Shown: one piece after another, positions 46,183-56,357 of the stretch
Position numbering within the stretch: the stretch's first letter is position 1
Layout: every line of letters starts with the position of its first letter
Source: Candidatus Bathyarchaeota archaeon
Lineage (GTDB): Archaea > Thermoproteota > Bathyarchaeia > Bathyarchaeales > Bathycorpusculaceae
DNA: 63,666 nt
Reading direction: 5' to 3'
NCBI GenBank assembly: GCA_016927895.1
Contig: JAFGLT010000072.1
Location: 1 to 63,666 of the forward strand
Notes under the pieces: generated by a model
Told to the model about the DNA's origin: nothing
What the model saw: only the letters and a program-made list of their open reading frames with translations
Database searches by the model: none
Position numbers and translations under genes: made by a program

Positions 46183-46377
46183 ATGCCATCTGAAATCTTT
46201 GACGTAGAAAAATTCGTGGAAATGAGCGAAAACGCAAAGTACTGCCAAGTCAAACGGCTAAAAGATACCGTGAAGCTTAAACTTCGCACACCAAACAAAC
46301 TATACACCCTGAAAGTAGAACCCATAAACGCGGAAGAAACCATCAAAAAACTCAAATGCGAAATCCGAGAACTCTAA
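46183..46377 (+). CDS. rpl38e: 50S ribosomal protein eL38
   Basis: MPSEIFDVEKFVEMSENAKYCQVKRLKDTVKLKLRTPNKLYTLKV aligns with the eukaryotic L38 pattern MPxxIxxIxDF...DAKxVKIKxxKDxVKFKVRxxxxLYTL. Confidence 0.75.
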   Translation: MPSEIFDVEKFVEMSENAKYCQVKRLKDTVKLKLRTPNKLYTLKVEPINAEETIKKLKCEIREL

Positions 46378-46744
46378 ATCCACCTTTTCCAATAAAACCA
46401 TTGTTTCTCAAGCTCTCGGAAGGGACTGTAGCTCCCTATATTAGATTCTATTTGGGGTTCGTTTAGGTTTGTTAGTAACAAGTTCATCCAGAGCAAACTT
46501 GTCTATACTTTGATGATTCAGTTCAAGAAAGGGGAATACTGTTAAGCGGTTGCGTTTACAATAGAGGACGCAAAGAAATTGGTAGAAGCATGGTTCAAAT
46601 ACTTGACTGAGCTAGATGGAGTTAAGTTGTTTAGAAAAAATAAAATGACAAGCATTTCCATTGCAAGTGTTCGCTTTTAAAGTAGCGTTTGACCAAGCGA
46701 AGGAAAATATGCTTTGTAGATAAACGCTTTGAGAGAGATGCTGT

Positions 46745-46951
46745 TCACAGTTCTATTACATTGCCTGCTTCGTATATTATTAGAAATGAACGTGCAACAC
46801 CTAGTTCCTTATCTATTGTACTAATTTTTACGTCCAAAATCTTAGCGCCGCGTTCCTGCAAACCATACAGTAAAGTATTGAGTTCATTTGTTGTTGGTTG
46901 GGTTCGACGAATAGTACCTACATCTTCATAAACATATACAAACTTTGACAC
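46745..46951 (-). CDS. Small hypothetical protein
   Basis: 68 aa, co-directional with the upstream membrane genes. It competes with an antisense 80-aa ORF (46689-46931, +) that looks less protein-like. Confidence 0.35.
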   Translation of the reverse strand: MSKFVYVYEDVGTIRRTQPTTNELNTLLYGLQERGAKILDVKISTIDKELGVARSFLIIYEAGNVIEL

Positions 46952-47391
46952 TTAATCACCGTTAACAAGACAACAAAAAATATATTTAGATTTTCTGGAT
47001 TTTTTGGGTGACTAAACAATAGAGCGAATTGCTTTTTGGTCGATGCTTTCACTTCCTTGGCTGTTGTGTTAAAAGGATTCGTCTTAAGGGCCGATATTCC
47101 TAAGATTGGAAGAACTGCCATCCAGAAATCTGTTAAGTATAAGTAGTCCCTGTAAACGTTGACCCAGATTGAAACAAGGTCGTAGATGATGAAGTAGCTG
47201 CCCAGCAAGATTAATGAGATACCAACCAGTCTTGTGTCGACTTTTCTTTTTTGGTAAAGAATTAAACAGGCTGCTGATGTAATTATACCTGCAATTAACA
47301 AGGTCAAACATGAATTAACAGCGCCTACAATGCTGGCTACGTTTGCCTGTTGAGGACCTAACGGAGAAACCGTGTCTAACCAAAAAAACAA
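46918..47391 (-). CDS. Polytopic membrane protein (hypothetical)
   Basis: About four hydrophobic helices. No family recognised. Confidence 0.5.
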   Translation of the reverse strand: MFFWLDTVSPLGPQQANVASIVGAVNSCLTLLIAGIITSAACLILYQKRKVDTRLVGISLILLGSYFIIYDLVSIWVNVYRDYLYLTDFWMAVLPILGISALKTNPFNTTAKEVKASTKKQFALLFSHPKNPENLNIFFVVLLTVIKCQSLYMFMKM

Positions 47392-47409
47392 GTACTTAAC
47401 CCAAAAACC

Positions 47410-47814
47410 CTAAACTACTGCTGGTGTACCAATTGCTATCCAGTTCAGGATTAAAGCATGATTATGGGGCTTTCCAAGGTTACGCCTTAGCGTCAGAAAG
47501 GGCAGAGCAATAAGCAGTGCTTGCAGTAGGAACGAAAGCCCAACATAAATATTAACGAAAGTCCATGAAAGAGCAACCCCTAAAAGATGATGAATACTGG
47601 ATGGTATTAGCAGCAGGAAGAACAACGCCTCAAAAAACAATACTTTTCCGAGTCTATCACGATTTTTCTTATCATTTTTTATGAACAGTACTGTACACTG
47701 AACAGCAAGTACGGCGCCAATTAGAGCCAGAAAGTAGCCTGCTGAGGTTGCATACTCTTGGATAATGATAACACTGGATTGCAGAGTGGCAATATTCATC
47801 TCTCCTAAAAACAT
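47410..47814 (-). CDS. Polytopic membrane protein (hypothetical)
   Basis: About four hydrophobic helices. No family recognised. Confidence 0.5.
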   Translation of the reverse strand: MFLGEMNIATLQSSVIIIQEYATSAGYFLALIGAVLAVQCTVLFIKNDKKNRDRLGKVLFFEALFFLLLIPSSIHHLLGVALSWTFVNIYVGLSFLLQALLIALPFLTLRRNLGKPHNHALILNWIAIGTPAVV

Positions 47815-47942
47815 GACAATGTTGAATGTGATTTAGTAAACCCAAAATGTGCTATATGCTGCCTAATAGATACTGTAAGCCAAAAACGAAAAAGCAACAA
47901 TTAGCAGTGAAATCTTTAGATGATTAGTCAAGTCTATTCGAT

Positions 47943-50045
47943 TCAAATTCTATTATCCTTCTTCTTTGTCGGACACAAAGGATTAATGCATAGATTCCAG
48001 GGCCGATTGCCCCGAATATAAATCCGTACGATAGGCCAATCGCAGCTTTTACAAGCGTTACCCGTGGGCTTCACTGAGCCTTTCTGAGGCAGAGGAAAAG
48101 ATGTTTTGCAGGTGCCTTCAAAATAGTTTGTACAACCAATGAAGCGTTTGCCTGAAGTTCGCGACCGCAGAATCACTAGTTTCCCGTTCTTGCAGGCGAG
48201 ACACGAGCCGATTACCCGTTCTTCTAGCCGCGCCTTCATCAGGCCTTGGCTTAACCGCTCCCCGATTAACCGCTCATTGTTTTTCAATTGTTCCGTCACG
48301 GGCTTTAGAATCTCAATTGTATCCTTCAAGACGTTTTCTCTTGTTTCGTTTCCCTGCTGAATATTATTCATTCTTTCCTCAAGCTTTCGGGTTAACTCTA
48401 TCGACACAACAGCTGGGCAGTACTCGTTGAGGACGTCAACAACTTCCAAGCCGAGGTCGGTAACCACGATTCTTTCCTCGCGAGTGTACTTCCTTTTGTT
48501 CAAGGTTTGGATGATTCCCGCGCGGGTTGCTTTGGTGCCGATTTCCTCTTTCTCCATCCGCTTGAGCAGACTGCTGGGATTGTACCGTGCAGGCGGCGCT
48601 GTAAACTTGTCTTCCAACACCACCTGTTTAACAGCGACCTTCTGTCCTTCTTCCATCGACGGCAAAACCGCATCCGCAGACTTGAAATACGGTGTATAGA
48701 AGCGAATCCATCCCTCCTCTAAGGTGCGTCTTCCATTCAAGTGGAACCTATTTCCGTTAATGTTGATGGCGACTTTTACGCTCTGCATGACTGCTGGCTC
48801 GCCGAAAACCGCCATGAACCTTCGGACAACAAGGTCCCAAATTCTTCTTTCCGCGCTGTTGAGGCTTTTTTCAGGCAGGTTTCCAGTCGGGTAAATAGCG
48901 GGGTGCGCAAGGTCTATCTTTTTTCCCTCGTTTGGCTTCAACGCTGGCTTAGCGAGAAGCTCTAATGCGTCTTGCTTATACTCGGGGATTCTGCCCAGCT
49001 TCTTCAATATTGCCGCGTAGCCAATTTGGGGCGGCAGTTTTTGACTGCTGGTTCGAGGATACGATATTAACGCAGCCAAGTACAAACGTTGAGCGATGCT
49101 AGAAGTGCGCAGCGGCGTGTATCTAAAAAGCCGGTAAGCTTCGCTCTGCAGCGAACCCAAATCAAAAGGTAACGGCGGCATCTGCTGAAACGTTTTCACC
49201 GTTACCTTCTCTGTTTCGCCATCTATGTCTCGGCAATCTTCAATTATCTTTTCGGCTTCTGTTTTCATTTCGACTGGGTTGTTTTCGTACTCCGCTTCAA
49301 GAACTCTGCGTCCGACTTTGACTCTGGCTTCTATGTTCCAGTAGGGTATTGGAACAAAACATTTTATGCTTTTTTCCCGTGTTTCAAGAAACTTCAGCGT
49401 TGGACCCTGCACACGTCCAGTGCTGAGTGTGGCGTATCGTCCACTGTAGTTTTTCGTTGCCGCCGTCAAAGCTCTGGACAAGTTTATCCCGTATAGCCAA
49501 TCCACTTCATGCCTTGTCAACCCAGCCGCTATAAGCGCAAAATCCAAACTAGATAATGGTTCAGTGTACGACTTTTCCAGCTCCTCTTTTGTAAGAGTCG
49601 AGTACTTCATCCGTCGAGCCACATTTTCCTTGCCGCCGCAAGCATACTTCAGAATAGAGTAGCCGATTATGCTTCCTTCAATATCGTAGTCGCATGCATC
49701 AATGAATTTGTCTGCGTTCTCTGCTAGTTTTGAAATGACCTTAAGCCAAGTGCGAATCAGTGATGCACCACGTTCAGCAAGGTGCCGTGGAACCCAGTGA
49801 AAATCGAAAACCGGGTAGCCCCTTCCCGCCTTTTTTTTGCCTGCAACCGTGTATAAATGCCCTAAAGCTGGAACCACAACTATGTTCCCGTTCCTTTTCG
49901 CCAAGTAGTAGGGCACTCCGTTCTCCACTTTCTTTGCGGCTTTTCCCTCAGCGTCCAAAGCCGAGGCTATCCTGCTAGCCGCATCAGGCTTCTCAGTTAT
50001 TATTAACGTGTAGCTTCTCAACAGCCGTGAACCACACCTCAGCAT
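47943..50045 (-). CDS. topA: DNA topoisomerase type IA (archaeal TopA/Topo III-like) with C-terminal zinc ribbons
   Basis: Toprim LIITEKPDAA and the active-site region LISYPRTSS are present, with C-terminal CxxC Zn-ribbon repeats. Confidence 0.9.
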   Translation of the reverse strand: MLRCGSRLLRSYTLIITEKPDAASRIASALDAEGKAAKKVENGVPYYLAKRNGNIVVVPALGHLYTVAGKKKAGRGYPVFDFHWVPRHLAERGASLIRTWLKVISKLAENADKFIDACDYDIEGSIIGYSILKYACGGKENVARRMKYSTLTKEELEKSYTEPLSSLDFALIAAGLTRHEVDWLYGINLSRALTAATKNYSGRYATLSTGRVQGPTLKFLETREKSIKCFVPIPYWNIEARVKVGRRVLEAEYENNPVEMKTEAEKIIEDCRDIDGETEKVTVKTFQQMPPLPFDLGSLQSEAYRLFRYTPLRTSSIAQRLYLAALISYPRTSSQKLPPQIGYAAILKKLGRIPEYKQDALELLAKPALKPNEGKKIDLAHPAIYPTGNLPEKSLNSAERRIWDLVVRRFMAVFGEPAVMQSVKVAININGNRFHLNGRRTLEEGWIRFYTPYFKSADAVLPSMEEGQKVAVKQVVLEDKFTAPPARYNPSSLLKRMEKEEIGTKATRAGIIQTLNKRKYTREERIVVTDLGLEVVDVLNEYCPAVVSIELTRKLEERMNNIQQGNETRENVLKDTIEILKPVTEQLKNNERLIGERLSQGLMKARLEERVIGSCLACKNGKLVILRSRTSGKRFIGCTNYFEGTCKTSFPLPQKGSVKPTGNACKSCDWPIVRIYIRGNRPWNLCINPLCPTKKKDNRI

Positions 50046-50174
50046 TGAAAGCCTCTCCTCAAAAAGTTACCGCTTGCCTAACTCTTGCGTTGCAAACATG
50101 ATTGTGGCTCAAAAATGTTTAATAACTCATCACAGTGAAGATTTCACACTGGTTGCCAGGTAGCATAACGGTGG

Positions 50175-51179
50175 GTGAAACACATGCTCGAGGGTTTGGG
50201 TCTACTGCCTAACGTAGCCATTCTTATTGCAGCGCTAGCTGTCTTAACTAAGGCTAGCGACTTAACAATCACTCATTCCATGAACGTGGCAAGCGTAACA
50301 GGACTGGGAAAAACAACAGTAGGATTCATACTAGTTGCTTTTTCAACATCCCTGCCCGAACTTTTCGTCGCCATCTTTTCAGTATTAAACCCAGATAACG
50401 TGGGTGTTTCAATTGGAAACGTCTTAGGCTCTAACATAATCAACATTTGCCTGATACTAGGCGTCTGTTTCCTTCTAATATCTCTAAAATATCCTGAGAA
50501 ATCTAGCGTGTTACCCAAAATGGCAAAGGAGGAACTAGGAAGCCTCTATTTTGGCATTTTCGTAGCCTCAATTGTTCCGCTGGCTCTGATTTACATCGGA
50601 TACGCAAGCCGTTTCGTCGGAGTCATGCTTTTAGCATTTTTTATCTACTACTTGTTCCAGCTTTCAAAATCGCGAACCCCTACTGAGCAGTCACTTTCAA
50701 AAACAGAAAAAAGCAAACTAAAAAAATACGCAGCCCTCACAATTCTCGGCGCTGTAGGCGTTGTTATTTGCGCTAATTTTATAGTTGAATCATCGTCTAT
50801 CCTAGCTGAGAGTGTAGGCATACCACCAGTCGTTATAGGTGCTACAGTTGTTGCTTTTGGTACAAGTGTTCCCGAGTTATCGACAAGTATTGACGCAGTT
50901 AAAAAAGGGCATTTGGAGCTGGCGTTAGGCAACATAATTGGCAGCTGTTTCATGAACATCACTTTGATTCTCGGAATAACCTTAGTTGCATCAACCTTTA
51001 CCATTAACATGAGCGCCTTTTCCAACGTGGCAATTTTCTCGTTGATAACGAACCTTCTCTTATGGTATTTCCTGTCAAACGAAAGAGTAGCCCGGCGCGA
51101 AGGAATGGTTCTGCTTTTCTTATATGCGCTGTTCATAGCCATCAGCCTTGGTTGGATACAGATTGCACAAACTACCTGA
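50175..51179 (+). CDS. Ca2+/cation antiporter (CaCA, YrbG-like)
   Basis: Two alpha-repeats: AFSTSLPELFVAI and AFGTSVPELSTSI. Confidence 0.85.
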   Translation: MKHMLEGLGLLPNVAILIAALAVLTKASDLTITHSMNVASVTGLGKTTVGFILVAFSTSLPELFVAIFSVLNPDNVGVSIGNVLGSNIINICLILGVCFLLISLKYPEKSSVLPKMAKEELGSLYFGIFVASIVPLALIYIGYASRFVGVMLLAFFIYYLFQLSKSRTPTEQSLSKTEKSKLKKYAALTILGAVGVVICANFIVESSSILAESVGIPPVVIGATVVAFGTSVPELSTSIDAVKKGHLELALGNIIGSCFMNITLILGITLVASTFTINMSAFSNVAIFSLITNLLLWYFLSNERVARREGMVLLFLYALFIAISLGWIQIAQTT

Positions 51180-51290
51180 GCAGATGCTTAATGTATTACG
51201 CGCTGGACAAGCTGTTCTAACGCCCGTTTAACAGAAAATCTTAACTTCTACTCGTCTAAAAATAGAGAGTTAAAAACGGATGGTTTCAGT

Positions 51291-52499
51291 TTGGACCCAG
51301 CTGTAATGGCTTTCCTTGTAGCGGCAGTGATTATCGTTCTAGGCTTCTTAGGTGAAGAGTTCTTCAACCGTACAAGCATCCCTGACTCAATCCTTTTGCT
51401 CCTGTTCGGAGTGGTGCTGGGACCCATTTTCCAACTGTTCGCTCAGGAAGAACTGCTTGCGATTACACCATATTTTGCTGCTTTAGCCCTTATCATCATT
51501 CTCTTTGACGGCGGCTTAAACATGGACATACGTGAAGCCGTCAGGAACAGCCCAAGAGCTTTAGTTTTGGCGATCACTGGATGGATATTAAACGTGGTGG
51601 TAACAGCTGTTTTCTGTAAATACTTACTTGGTTGGCGTCTTCTGAACGGTTTGCTGTTGGGCAGCATAGTCGGCGGTGGCAGTTCAATAATAGTAATAGC
51701 GTTAATTAGAAAACTGAAAGTCACTGAAAAAATTGAAACCGTGCTCAGTCTCGAATCCATTTTAACTGACGTGCTGTGCACAGTAGGCGCATATACAGCG
51801 ATTAACATTTTACTTCAAGAAGTGGCTGCAGAAGGCGTCTCAACCGGTATAGACATGTACGCTGCCTTAGGTTCTGTTGCCACGGCATTTGGTGTAGGCA
51901 TTCTTGTAGGTTTAGGTTTCGGCGTTGCTTGGCTTGTACTTTTGGAAAGAATTAAGGGAAAACCCAACGCGTACATGCTAACCTTAGCCATGCTGTTTCT
52001 GACCTTCGTAGTAGCTACAAACCTAGGTGGGAACGGCGCTCTTTCAGCTTTGTTTTTTGGCTTGATTATTGGAAACTCGCGTCACATCGGAAGACAGATA
52101 AAATTCCGAACTACCATCTCAATTGACGAAAACGTGCGTGACTTCCACAGTCAAATAAGCTTTCTAATTCGTTCTTTCTTCTTTGTCTTCACAGGTCTCC
52201 TTTTCAGTTTTTCATCTTTCACGTCAGTCCTTATCGGCCTAGTCTTATCATTCGCTTTTCTCGGAATTCGATTTGTTGTGGTTAAAATGGCCACCGTCAA
52301 ATCCGAGTTGAAAACATACGAAACTTTAATGTCAGTGATGTTTCCCCGAGGTTTAGCCGCAGCAGTATTAGCTTCAATACCCCTCACATCAGGTGTGCCT
52401 GGCTCTCAAGTTTTCCCAGAAATCGCGTTTATAGTGATTCTAACTACAATCATAGTCTGCACAATTGGAGTCGCCGTGCTTAAGAAACGCCAATCTTGA
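51291..52499 (+). CDS. Cation:proton antiporter (CPA1/NhaP-like)
   Basis: Polytopic, with the motif ALIIILFDGGLNMD typical of Na+/H+ exchangers. TTG start. Confidence 0.8.
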   Translation: MDPAVMAFLVAAVIIVLGFLGEEFFNRTSIPDSILLLLFGVVLGPIFQLFAQEELLAITPYFAALALIIILFDGGLNMDIREAVRNSPRALVLAITGWILNVVVTAVFCKYLLGWRLLNGLLLGSIVGGGSSIIVIALIRKLKVTEKIETVLSLESILTDVLCTVGAYTAINILLQEVAAEGVSTGIDMYAALGSVATAFGVGILVGLGFGVAWLVLLERIKGKPNAYMLTLAMLFLTFVVATNLGGNGALSALFFGLIIGNSRHIGRQIKFRTTISIDENVRDFHSQISFLIRSFFFVFTGLLFSFSSFTSVLIGLVLSFAFLGIRFVVVKMATVKSELKTYETLMSVMFPRGLAAAVLASIPLTSGVPGSQVFPEIAFIVILTTIIVCTIGVAVLKKRQS

Positions 52500-52610
52500 T
52501 GCCGAAAGAAACTGTCGCTGCAAAATTTGGTTGTTTACTTCAACTGGAAGTTAGTAACGATTAAATATGTCGCAGATGTTACTTTTGTTATTTCGGGAAG
52601 TGAAAATGTA

Positions 52611-52775
52611 GTGCCCCAACGCGTCATCTGTAGTGGATGTAACCACGTATTGTATGAAGGCCCAGACCTTAAACCTCCCGACGAAATTCTCCAACAGCAT
52701 GATGGAAAATGCCCTAAATGCGGCAAAAAGCTGTCTTTGCTACCTATCGACGTCGAAGTAAAACCTATGAAATAA
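52611..52775 (+). CDS. Small zinc-ribbon protein (hypothetical)
   Basis: CSGC-x25-CPKC. The GTG at 52611 lies 7 nt after GGGAAGTGA. The longer ORF from 52527 has an implausible N-terminus. Confidence 0.45.
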   Translation: MPQRVICSGCNHVLYEGPDLKPPDEILQQHDGKCPKCGKKLSLLPIDVEVKPMK

Positions 52776-53070
52776 GCGTTCTCGGTGGATAATACTGAAG
52801 GAGAACCTCGAAGTCAGCATACTCCTCTTTTTTTAGAAGCACAATCCCGTTTGAAATCATAGCCGTGAATTGAGCTAAAAACCCAAGTTTAAGCTCCCGT
52901 GGTTGCTGTGCATAACGTGAAGTCAGTATAACTCTTTCTGCTAAACATTGGTTCGTTTTTGGAAAAGCAATAAATAAACGACGATTGTGATATAAACAAT
53001 TATTAACTACAAAAACAAATAGGAACCCTCACACTATGAAGATTGCTCAGGGTAAGGGAAGGAGATACTG

Positions 53071-55332
53071 TTGAAGGAACGACTCGTTAACGGTCTTAAA
53101 TCTTTTGGAAGGCTGCGCATCCAAACGAACCACGCCTCCATAATCTGTTATTCTGCTTTACTTCTAATACTCTTCATTGCCTTTACAATTCGCGTTTTAC
53201 CAATACGCTGGGAGATACCCACAGGCACTTTAAGACTTAACGAATTTGACCCCTATTACCAATTCAGTCTAACAAATAAAATGGTTCAGGACGGTTTGTT
53301 CTCGCCTTATTTGGAAAACGACGGCCAAGGTTGGATAAACTACCAACAATGGTATCCCGGTGGATTGGACATGTTTAATTCGTTGCCTTCATTACCTATG
53401 ACTGCGGCAGTACTTTATACTATCATCTCTTGGTTGGGCGTTAACGTCGATTTGATGGCGTTCTGCTCGCTTTTTCCAGTAATCTTCGGCACCATATCTT
53501 GCTTGTTAATATATCTCGTCGGTAAAGACATGGGTGGAAAATCAGTTGGTTTATTCGCAGCGCTTTTTCTAGCGTTGGCACCATCTTTCCTCCAGAGAAC
53601 AGCACTGGGCTTCTTTGATACTGAAGTTTTAGGAATTGTAGGGCTTTTATCTTTTACTCTTCTGTTTTTGAGGGCAATCGATAAAAACAGGACCCTGCGT
53701 TCATCATTATTTTACTCTGCGGGAGCTGGTTTGGCATTAGCCTATTTCATTGGGGCTTGGGGTGCAGCTTACTATCTGCTGGGTTTAGCTGTCCTTTTTG
53801 TTTTCGCGTTAGTCTTGTTGAAAAGATATAGCCAAAGGCTTTTGTTGTCCTACAGCTTAACTTTCGGTTTGGCACTTGGCATAGCCGTAAATATTCCCTA
53901 TATCTCGCTAGACTACCTGACTTCAGCGGTAGTGCTACCAATTGCAGCCATGTTCCTTATGCTTTGCATTCTGGAAGTTTTGCGCCATAACGTGTCCTCA
54001 AGAACCAAAGTGATGCTTACTGCCGCATCACTTATTGCAGTAGTTGGAGGGTTCGTTGCTCTGTGGCAACTTGGCTACATGGAAGGCATCGCAGGAAAGT
54101 TCATTTCAGTGTTGGATCCCTTTGTTCGTTCAGCTGCTCCGTTAATAGAGTCCGTAGCTGAACACAGGATATCAGCTTGGGGAAACATTTACTACGAGCT
54201 CGGTTTAGGAATAATCTTCTTCTTAGCAGGCTTGTACTTCGCATTGCGAAATCCCACTAACAGGAACGTTTTCCTGTTGCTTTTTGGTGCAACATCACTT
54301 TACTTCGCGGCTTCTATGGTTCGTTTGCTTGTTATCTTTGCGCCAGCGTTTGGTCTTCTGGCAGCAATGGGAATCCTTGGTGTAATGAAGCCATTTTACA
54401 CTTTGTTAAAGGAAACACCGCAATTAGCCATAAAATCAAAGCGCAGGCTAGCACGTGTAAGCAAAGAATATAGTGGCGTCGTGGTTTTTCTGGTGTTTAT
54501 GCTTTTAGTTACAAACTTCGCGTTTTCTCCTCAAAGCGGTGGCGTGCCACGTGTGTATGGTTCAGCCTACTCGCCTCTAACCGTTACTGCATCCAGTCTC
54601 CCATTAAGCGGTGATCACCTTTCTGAACCAGCGCAGGAGTGGCTGGACATGCTGAGCTGGACCCGGAATAATCTTCAATCAACAACTGTCGTATGTTCTT
54701 GGTGGGATTACGGGTATTGGCTAAGCATAATGGGCAACGTCACAACTTTAGCCGATAACGCTACGGTGAATTCTACGCAGATAGAGAACATAGGCTTCAT
54801 TTTCATGGCACCTGAAAATCTGTCTATGGTAATGCTGGAACAGTATAACGCCAAATATATACTCGTCTTCACAACTTTAGGTCTAGCGTCATCTTCCGAT
54901 GGTAGCTACTATATCGCTCAATCTGTGGGTTACGGTGATGAAGGAAAATGGTCGTGGATGGCGAGGATTTCAGGCCAAGCGCGCGATAGGTTCATACAAG
55001 ATGGGTACCTTAGCGAAGACGAAGCGTGGACTGACGAATCAGATTTCGGAGCCTACAACGACAATGGCGCTTGGGAGTGGAATAATGCTGGTACGAACTC
55101 TACGGTGTACAAGCTACTGAGCTGGGCGAAGCAATCTTGGGTAGATAACGCGTCCGGTTCATACACAGTATATGCAGACGAAGAGGGTGTAGAACCCACC
55201 TATTTCAAACAAGCATATTTCGCTGGCTTGGAATTAACTCTTGCTGAAGCAGCAGCTAAATATAGCGGGCTCATACCAGTTGTTGCGTTGTACGAGATTG
55301 ACTGGGACGCTTACTATGCGGCTACAGGATAA
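53071..55332 (+). CDS. aglB: Oligosaccharyltransferase AglB (STT3 homologue)
   Basis: Thirteen-TM-like N-terminal half and the WWDYG motif (CSWWDYGYW). TTG start after GGAGAT. Confidence 0.9.
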   Translation: MKERLVNGLKSFGRLRIQTNHASIICYSALLLILFIAFTIRVLPIRWEIPTGTLRLNEFDPYYQFSLTNKMVQDGLFSPYLENDGQGWINYQQWYPGGLDMFNSLPSLPMTAAVLYTIISWLGVNVDLMAFCSLFPVIFGTISCLLIYLVGKDMGGKSVGLFAALFLALAPSFLQRTALGFFDTEVLGIVGLLSFTLLFLRAIDKNRTLRSSLFYSAGAGLALAYFIGAWGAAYYLLGLAVLFVFALVLLKRYSQRLLLSYSLTFGLALGIAVNIPYISLDYLTSAVVLPIAAMFLMLCILEVLRHNVSSRTKVMLTAASLIAVVGGFVALWQLGYMEGIAGKFISVLDPFVRSAAPLIESVAEHRISAWGNIYYELGLGIIFFLAGLYFALRNPTNRNVFLLLFGATSLYFAASMVRLLVIFAPAFGLLAAMGILGVMKPFYTLLKETPQLAIKSKRRLARVSKEYSGVVVFLVFMLLVTNFAFSPQSGGVPRVYGSAYSPLTVTASSLPLSGDHLSEPAQEWLDMLSWTRNNLQSTTVVCSWWDYGYWLSIMGNVTTLADNATVNSTQIENIGFIFMAPENLSMVMLEQYNAKYILVFTTLGLASSSDGSYYIAQSVGYGDEGKWSWMARISGQARDRFIQDGYLSEDEAWTDESDFGAYNDNGAWEWNNAGTNSTVYKLLSWAKQSWVDNASGSYTVYADEEGVEPTYFKQAYFAGLELTLAEAAAKYSGLIPVVALYEIDWDAYYAATG

Positions 55333-55350
55333 TCCTAAGGAAGCGAAGAC

Positions 55351-56238
55351 TTGTTTCCAAAAGTTCCCGACCAGCACAAGACAGGCAAACCATTAATTCC
55401 AAATGGGATAGGCGTACTCTACGTCCTATTCACAACTGTCTATCTTTTCTTGATTTATTTCAGCGGTATCGCTCCCGCCTCAAACGGAGTTTCCGAACCG
55501 CTAACGTTGGCGGTATGCATCTTATTCGGGGGGTTCATGGGCTTGCTGGACGACTGGATGGACCTTAAATGGCGATACAAGGCTTTTATGCCTTTAATCG
55601 CCGCTCTTCCCCTGATATACCTGACACTTGCGGATCCATTTGCTCGAACATCAATATCGTTGCCGCTTCTAGGCGTGATAGATTTTGGTCAAGCATACTA
55701 TTTCTTGGTAATTCCCTTAATCATAATGATAGTCACTAACACAGTAAACATGCTAGGCGGACTGAACGGTTTAGAATCACTCTGCCCAGCTATAGTTTTG
55801 ATGGGGTTAATGGCGCTGTCGCCTATGCACCTAGTTTTGATGCTTGGACCATTAATTTTCTGGCTGATCCTTACAGGCTTTAACCTTCAAGGCAAGATTT
55901 TCGTTGGCAACTCAGGTTCATTCGCCATGGGAATGACTGTGGCTTCGTTCGCAGTAATAACGGACCTGAAACTACCTCTGCTGATTTCGATTATTCCCTA
56001 CGTTTTCAACTCTTCTCTGATACTATTAACTATTTTCTTCACTAAGAATAGAGCAAAAGTCACGTTTGACGGAAAAAAACTTGTGGCTGACCACCGGAAA
56101 AGCTTGGTCACGCTCATAACCTATCGGCGACCATTAACGGAGCGCAAAGTGGTTGCCGTAATTTCGTTGATTGTATTGTTTTTCACGTTGGCGGCAGTGG
56201 CTACCTCGTTGCTTGGACCACATTTAGCGTTTAGCTAA
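55351..56238 (+). CDS. GT4 polyprenyl-phosphate N-acetylhexosamine-1-phosphate transferase (AglH/MraY-WecA-like)
   Basis: Polytopic, with the motif VNMLGGLNGLE. It is adjacent to aglB. Confidence 0.7.
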   Translation: MFPKVPDQHKTGKPLIPNGIGVLYVLFTTVYLFLIYFSGIAPASNGVSEPLTLAVCILFGGFMGLLDDWMDLKWRYKAFMPLIAALPLIYLTLADPFARTSISLPLLGVIDFGQAYYFLVIPLIIMIVTNTVNMLGGLNGLESLCPAIVLMGLMALSPMHLVLMLGPLIFWLILTGFNLQGKIFVGNSGSFAMGMTVASFAVITDLKLPLLISIIPYVFNSSLILLTIFFTKNRAKVTFDGKKLVADHRKSLVTLITYRRPLTERKVVAVISLIVLFFTLAAVATSLLGPHLAFS

Positions 56239-56357
56239 CCCTCATTAGTAGCTTGCTGTTTCTGTTCAGTAAGTTTTAATAAGACATTCATGTGTGGATT
56301 ATGCTTGTTAAGCGGGTAAGTGGACCTCCACCCGTTCCGCTGTTGAAATAAACCCCG

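Noticed and set aside
46505-46612. Possible C/D-box sRNA (TGATGA at about 46513, CTGA at about 46607)
   Set aside because: The boxes are about 95 nt apart, there are no internal C'/D' boxes and no terminal pairing. This does not fit the compact ~50-60-nt archaeal C/D sRNA layout.
46689-46931. 80-aa plus-strand ORF (MTKRRKICFVDKRF...)
   Set aside because: It overlaps the minus-strand 68-aa ORF almost completely. Its composition is less protein-like and there is no SD, so the minus-strand ORF is preferred, though both are low confidence.
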